Virus record (IMG/VR): IMGVR_UViG_3300049170_000123
Location: 1 to 34,076 of that record
DNA length: 34,076 bases
Source of the DNA: a virus
Lineage: Duplodnaviria > Caudoviricetes
Strand: one strand, 5' to 3'
Made by a program: the position numbers and the translations under genes. The notes under the pieces are model-generated. The model had not been told where the DNA came from. It did no database searches and worked only from the letters and a program-made list of their open reading frames with translations. This document shows, one piece after another, positions 32,689-34,076 of the stretch (the stretch's first letter is position 1; each line of letters opens with the position of its first letter).

Positions 32689-34076
32689 TGGCTCGACCGA
32701 GTAACGGCCAGGTGGTCAAGCGGTGCGCGTGCCGCGACTCCCACACCAACAAGCAGCTCGGGGCGAAGTGCCCCCAGCTCTCCAAACGCGACCACGGAGC
32801 CTGGTGGGCGCGGTACACCGCCCCCGCCAGTGAGGACGGCAAACGCCGGCGCCCGTGGATCGGTCCCTACGACACCAAGACCGAGGCCAACGCCGAACTG
32901 CGCAAGGCCGTCAACGAGGTTGAGGAACTCGGGTTCGTCCCCGACCGCACCGTCACCGTCGAGGCTTACCTGCGGTCGTGGCTCGAAGGCAAGAAGGGGC
33001 TCAAGCAGTCCACGCTCGACTCCTACACCGAGGCCTGCGAGCTCTACTACATCCCGGCCCTGGGACACCTGAAGCTCACCGAGCTCCGAGACCACCACCT
33101 GTCGGCGCTCTACACGGCCATGGGGCAGATCAACAACCTGCCCGAGGGTGAGAAGCCCACGGAGATGCTGCGGCGGCTCCTCGCCGCGCGTGCGCTCGCC
33201 CCGAAGATCAAGCTCGCCGAGGGGGAGAAGGTGGGGCTCAAGCGCAAGCGCCCCCTGTCCGCGGCGCGTATCCGTCGAATCCATGCGGTGATCTCCTCGG
33301 CGCTGGGCACGGCGGTGAAGAAGAAGCTCATCACCGTGAACCCGTCCTCGTTCGTGGAGCTGCCGAAGGCGAAGAAGTCCCGGCCGCTGGTGTGGACTGG
33401 CGAGCGGGTGCGCCGCTGGCAGGAGAACGGGCACCGTCCCGGGCGGGTGATGGTGTGGACTCCGCAGCAGGCGGGCGTGTTCCTGGACTACGCCGAGTCG
33501 ACGCACGAGCGGCTGTTCCCGCTCTTCCACCTGGTGATCACCCGGGGCCTGCGTCGTGGGGAGGTGGCGTCCGCGCTGTGGGTGGACACCGACCTGGACG
33601 AGGCGAAGACCATGAGCGTGCTCGCCGGACCGGACGAGGAGGACGAGGGGCCCAAGACCGAGAAGTCGGTGCGCACGTTCAGTCTCGACGAGGCGAACAT
33701 CGCCCTGCTGCGCAAGTGGCGCGCGGTCCAGAACGCCGACCGCCTGGCGGCCGGTGAGAACTGGGTCGACTCGGGGCTGATCTTCACCCGCCCGGACGGG
33801 TCCGCGTTCCGCGACGAGTACCTGAGCGAGCGCTTCGCGGCCGTGGCGAAGGCGGCGGGGCTGCCCCCGATCCGGTTCCACGACGCGCGCCACTGTGCGG
33901 CGAGCTTCGCTCTGGCGGCCGGGGTGGACATGAAGGTGGTGTCGGCGACGCTGGGGCACTCCCGGTACAGCTTCACCGCGGACACGTACACGTCGGTGGT
34001 GCCGGAGGTCGCGGCGGCAGCTGCTGAGGCGACCACGGCGATCATTCCTCGTCGGTCACGGTTGGGCGCGGTGTGA
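32688..34076 (+). CDS. int: Tyrosine recombinase/integrase (462 aa)
   Basis: Catalytic set R (GLRRGE), K (PKT), HxxR (FHDARH), H (LGHS), Y (DTYT); N-terminal KRCAC...CPQL...HG.W arm-binding region typical of actinomycete integrases. Confidence 0.97.
   Translation: MARPSNGQVVKRCACRDSHTNKQLGAKCPQLSKRDHGAWWARYTAPASEDGKRRRPWIGPYDTKTEANAELRKAVNEVEELGFVPDRTVTVEAYLRSWLEGKKGLKQSTLDSYTEACELYYIPALGHLKLTELRDHHLSALYTAMGQINNLPEGEKPTEMLRRLLAARALAPKIKLAEGEKVGLKRKRPLSAARIRRIHAVISSALGTAVKKKLITVNPSSFVELPKAKKSRPLVWTGERVRRWQENGHRPGRVMVWTPQQAGVFLDYAESTHERLFPLFHLVITRGLRRGEVASALWVDTDLDEAKTMSVLAGPDEEDEGPKTEKSVRTFSLDEANIALLRKWRAVQNADRLAAGENWVDSGLIFTRPDGSAFRDEYLSERFAAVAKAAGLPPIRFHDARHCAASFALAAGVDMKVVSATLGHSRYSFTADTYTSVVPEVAAAAAEATTAIIPRRSRLGAV

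Larger units (their letters stand above)
1..34076. mobile_element. Temperate siphovirus prophage of a high-GC actinomycete (boundaries not visible; 1-2300 may be accessory or host DNA)
   Basis: Canonical module order: integrase/repressor, replication, HNH-terminase, portal-protease-capsid, head-tail, tail tube, tape measure, tail, lysis. No sheath gene seen. Confidence 0.95.

Noticed and set aside
1-34076. att sites, tRNA genes, diversity-generating retroelement or tail-fibre invertase
   Set aside because: No terminal direct repeat, tRNA cloverleaf, reverse transcriptase or second recombinase recognised by eye; the window stops at the integrase stop codon, so the att site there would lie outside.

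Overview
This window is an apparently near-complete, compact temperate siphovirus (HK97-fold, probably cos-packaging) prophage from a high-GC (about 70%) actinomycete. From right to left it holds a tyrosine integrase and a large low-GC XRE-type repressor on the + strand, followed by one long minus-strand unit. That unit runs: excisionase-like HTH, two unknowns, a RepB-type primase fused to a DUF3987-like helicase, a palindromic iteron origin with an AT-rich core, a run of small early genes, a probable late regulator pair, an HNH-ATPase fusion, small and large terminase, a portal-MuF fusion, prohead protease, major capsid, head-tail genes, tail tube, frameshifted tail chaperones, tape measure, a mosaic tail hub, and the lysis genes (amidase, holin). 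The leftmost 2.3 kb is an accessory region of small genes and unusual non-coding signals. No att site, tRNA or CRISPR array was recognised, and the window ends at the integrase stop codon. The most interesting signals are (i) a satellite/PICI-like replicon with a highly symmetric origin inside a self-sufficient tailed phage, (ii) a recurring hairpin + CCTT(C/TT)GTCATG(CCC) element placed ahead of key late genes, suggesting an undescribed termination/antitermination or RNA-processing system, (iii) an oversized low-GC repressor coupled to the integrase, and (iv) 10-bp-phased GTTC repeats beside a candidate sRNA. All family calls come from motif recognition and gene order; no database searches were run.
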